Below, piece by piece: positions 62,219 through 64,000 of a DNA stretch of 64,000 nucleotides (position 1 is its first letter; the number at the start of each line of letters is the position of its first letter). Source of the stretch: Actinomycetes bacterium (GTDB taxonomy: Bacteria; Actinomycetota; Acidimicrobiia; Acidimicrobiales; Ilumatobacteraceae). The DNA lies in NCBI GenBank assembly GCA_014190095.1, contig BJFW01000002.1:2800-66799 (forward strand), written 5' to 3'. Both the position numbers and the translations under genes were made by a program. The notes beneath the pieces were generated by a model. The model saw only the letters and a program-made list of their open reading frames with translations. It was not told where the DNA came from and did not search any database.

Positions 62219-63113
62219 CTTTATAGACGTGTTTGTCTTCCCATCGGGTTGATAGCAAACAGGCAATCCACACGTAAACAAAACCGATGATGATGTCGGC
62301 GACGTAGTGTTCGCCGAAGTACACCAAACAGAATGACATTGCAGCGGGTAGAACGAGCGCAATTGGCTTCATCCAGATTCGCATCTTGCTCCAGAAAAAC
62401 ACCACCACAAGCAACGCACAAGCGGCATGAAGTGACGGCATGGCTGCAACAGGGTTTGCAATTGCAGAACCACGCTCAAACAATTTTGAAACTGTGTGCA
62501 GACCCATCTCGCTCCAACCACGTGCGGTAATGCGCTTAATTGGCCCAATGAGATCCTCTTTGGCAATCATCCAGGGAGGGGCAACGGGAAGCACCACGTA
62601 CGTAGCAACGGCCAGGAAAAACAAGATGCTCAGCCGGCGCACATAGCGAACCCACTGTTCGCGACTGATCCACCACAACAACACGGCTGTGCCCATGGGC
62701 AGGATGAAGTGCGTCATGTATGTGACAGCGAGAGGGTATTCGTACCACGCAAGTTTTGAGGAAATGTTGAGGCGTTCTTGCAGCCACACGCTTGGGTCAG
62801 CGCCAAAAAACATGAGGCGGTCAATATCGCGAATCAAGGTTTTTTGAACAGGCACTCCTAATTGGTCGGCAAGCCCTCGGCTGTATTCGTAGGCAAACAA
62901 CATGGCTGCAAACACCGACCAGTCGCGCAACATGTTGCGCTGTGCACGAAGTGGTTTACCTACATTGGCAAAAACGAATGCGCCAAGTATCCACAATGTG
63001 ACTGCGACGCGGTCGACAGGCACGCCAAAGTGTTGCGCAGACCACAAAAAGATGGCCACATACAGGCCAATTGATATTTGTCGAGTGCGAGAGTTATTTA
63101 GATGAATCTTCAA
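62208..63113 (-). CDS. PAP2-superfamily membrane protein (second PAP2_3-like paralogue)
   Basis: Polytopic, with MPSLHAACALL and a C-terminal GEHYVADI. The start is uncertain: a TTG at 63113 or the ORF-track start at 63203. Either one overlaps the coxM 3' end. Confidence 0.6.
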   Translation of the reverse strand: MKIHLNNSRTRQISIGLYVAIFLWSAQHFGVPVDRVAVTLWILGAFVFANVGKPLRAQRNMLRDWSVFAAMLFAYEYSRGLADQLGVPVQKTLIRDIDRLMFFGADPSVWLQERLNISSKLAWYEYPLAVTYMTHFILPMGTAVLLWWISREQWVRYVRRLSILFFLAVATYVVLPVAPPWMIAKEDLIGPIKRITARGWSEMGLHTVSKLFERGSAIANPVAAMPSLHAACALLVVVFFWSKMRIWMKPIALVLPAAMSFCLVYFGEHYVADIIIGFVYVWIACLLSTRWEDKHVYKARK

Positions 63114-63915
63114 GTGCTCGTCGGACCAGCACTTTGGCCAGATGCGTGCGGTAATCGCTTGAAGCGTTGAGGTCGCTCTGCGGTTCTGCCTCGGCCGCGG
63201 CAAGTTCTGCAGCTTCGGTTATTGAAGCACCGCTTGCAAGAGCCGCGCTGACACTGGTTGCAAGAATTGGTGTTGAACCCATGTTGACCAATGCAACGCC
63301 AGAGTCTTTGCCATTTTTCCAAGCGGCGACACCAACAATGGCCCAGTCCTGTGCACGACGATTGAACTTTTGGAAACTCCAACCACCAGTATTTTTTGGA
63401 ACTCGAATCTCGACAAGCATTTCATCAGGAGCAAGTGCGCTCTCGAGGAAACCTTTGTAGAAATCTTTAGCTGCAATCTGACGTTGACCATTTGGTCCTT
63501 GAGCAATATATGTTGCACCCAGCGCAAGGGTGGTTGCTGGAAGGTCGCTTGCCGAGTCGGCATGGGCGAGTGAGCCCCCAATGGTTCCGCGATGGCGAAC
63601 TTGAGCATCACCAACATGGCCTGCTGCATGCGCAAGCAATGGAACATGCTTTTTCAGTAAGTCTGACTTTTCGACATCCATGTGGCGCGTAAGTGCACCA
63701 ATGGCAATGTGGTCTCCACCATCTTTGATGTATGACAAGTCGGTGATGCGACCAATGTCAATGAGCATCGTGGGCTGAGCCAAGCGAAGTTTCATCAATG
63801 GAATAAGGCTGTGTCCGCCGGCAAGAAACTTTGCTTCATCGCCGTATTGACCGATAAGCGAAATTGCCTCGTCTGCCGATGATGCACGTTTGAAATCAAA
63901 TGCTGCAGGTATCAC
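63094..63915 (-). CDS. molybdenum hydroxylase FAD-binding (medium) subunit, CoxM/XdhB-like
   Basis: 273 aa counted from the GTG at 63915, preceded by AAGGGGA. N-terminus is VIPAAFDFKRASSADEAI. FAD_binding_5 motif KFLAGGHSLIPLMKLR. Confidence 0.88.
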   Translation of the reverse strand: MIPAAFDFKRASSADEAISLIGQYGDEAKFLAGGHSLIPLMKLRLAQPTMLIDIGRITDLSYIKDGGDHIAIGALTRHMDVEKSDLLKKHVPLLAHAAGHVGDAQVRHRGTIGGSLAHADSASDLPATTLALGATYIAQGPNGQRQIAAKDFYKGFLESALAPDEMLVEIRVPKNTGGWSFQKFNRRAQDWAIVGVAAWKNGKDSGVALVNMGSTPILATSVSAALASGASITEAAELAAAEAEPQSDLNASSDYRTHLAKVLVRRALEDSSK

Positions 63916-63926
63916 TGTGGTTCCCC

Positions 63927-64000
63927 TTACTTCTTTGCCGATTGAATGGTGCGCCACACGGTTTGAGGTGAAGCAGGCATGGCCATGCTTGTTACCCCGA
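63927..64000 (-). CDS. 3' end of a molybdopterin-binding large subunit (CoxL/aldehyde oxidase family), partial at window edge
   Basis: The minus-strand frame reads ...GVTSMAMPASPQTVWRTIQSAKK and stops at 63927-63929. The MP-x-[ST]P-x-x-VW ending is typical of large subunits. Only 24 codons are visible. Confidence 0.55.
   Translation of the reverse strand, partial: GVTSMAMPASPQTVWRTIQSAKK

Overview
The window is a densely packed, almost entirely protein-coding stretch of core chromosome. Gene content and order look like Actinomycetota. The run prfA-prmC ... glyA-wecA-atpI-like-atpBEF(F')HAGDC ... murA resembles, from memory, the Mycobacterium/Streptomyces arrangement. GC looks moderate by eye. 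The genome seems streamlined: most neighbouring genes abut or overlap by 1-27 nt.

Main blocks, left to right:
- Translation termination (prfA, prmC).
- An S9 peptidase plus a thiolase-like gene.
- rpiB-glyA-wecA.
- A complete F1Fo ATP synthase operon with two b-type subunits and a separate delta.
- glpX.
- A small uncharacterised operon: acidic repeat protein, J-domain protein, alpha/beta hydrolase.
- murA, nfu, meaB, azlCD.
- iscS-like/mnmA, dxs, tldD/pmbA, uppP.
- The conserved SAF/FmdB/galU/moeA neighbourhood with moaA and moaC.
- Fatty-acid and nucleoside metabolism genes, and queF.
- A DUF501-Ppx fusion.
- At the right end, a molybdenum-hydroxylase (Cox/Xdh-type) cluster: coxG, mocA-like, xdhC x2, coxE, coxD, coxM and the 3' tip of a large subunit.

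Reading the intergenic DNA by eye, I found no rRNA, tRNA, CRISPR array, transposase, integrase, reverse transcriptase or recognisable defence gene. I see no convincing discrete new multi-gene system and would class this as an ordinary housekeeping region.

The leads I consider most worth a second look are:
- the acidic-repeat/J-domain/hydrolase operon;
- a cysteine-less FmdB zinc-ribbon homologue;
- the ATP synthase subunit peculiarities;
- the DUF501-Ppx fusion;
- the structured 196-nt leader of an NlpC/P60 gene.

All family assignments come from motif recognition in the supplied translations. No searches were run.
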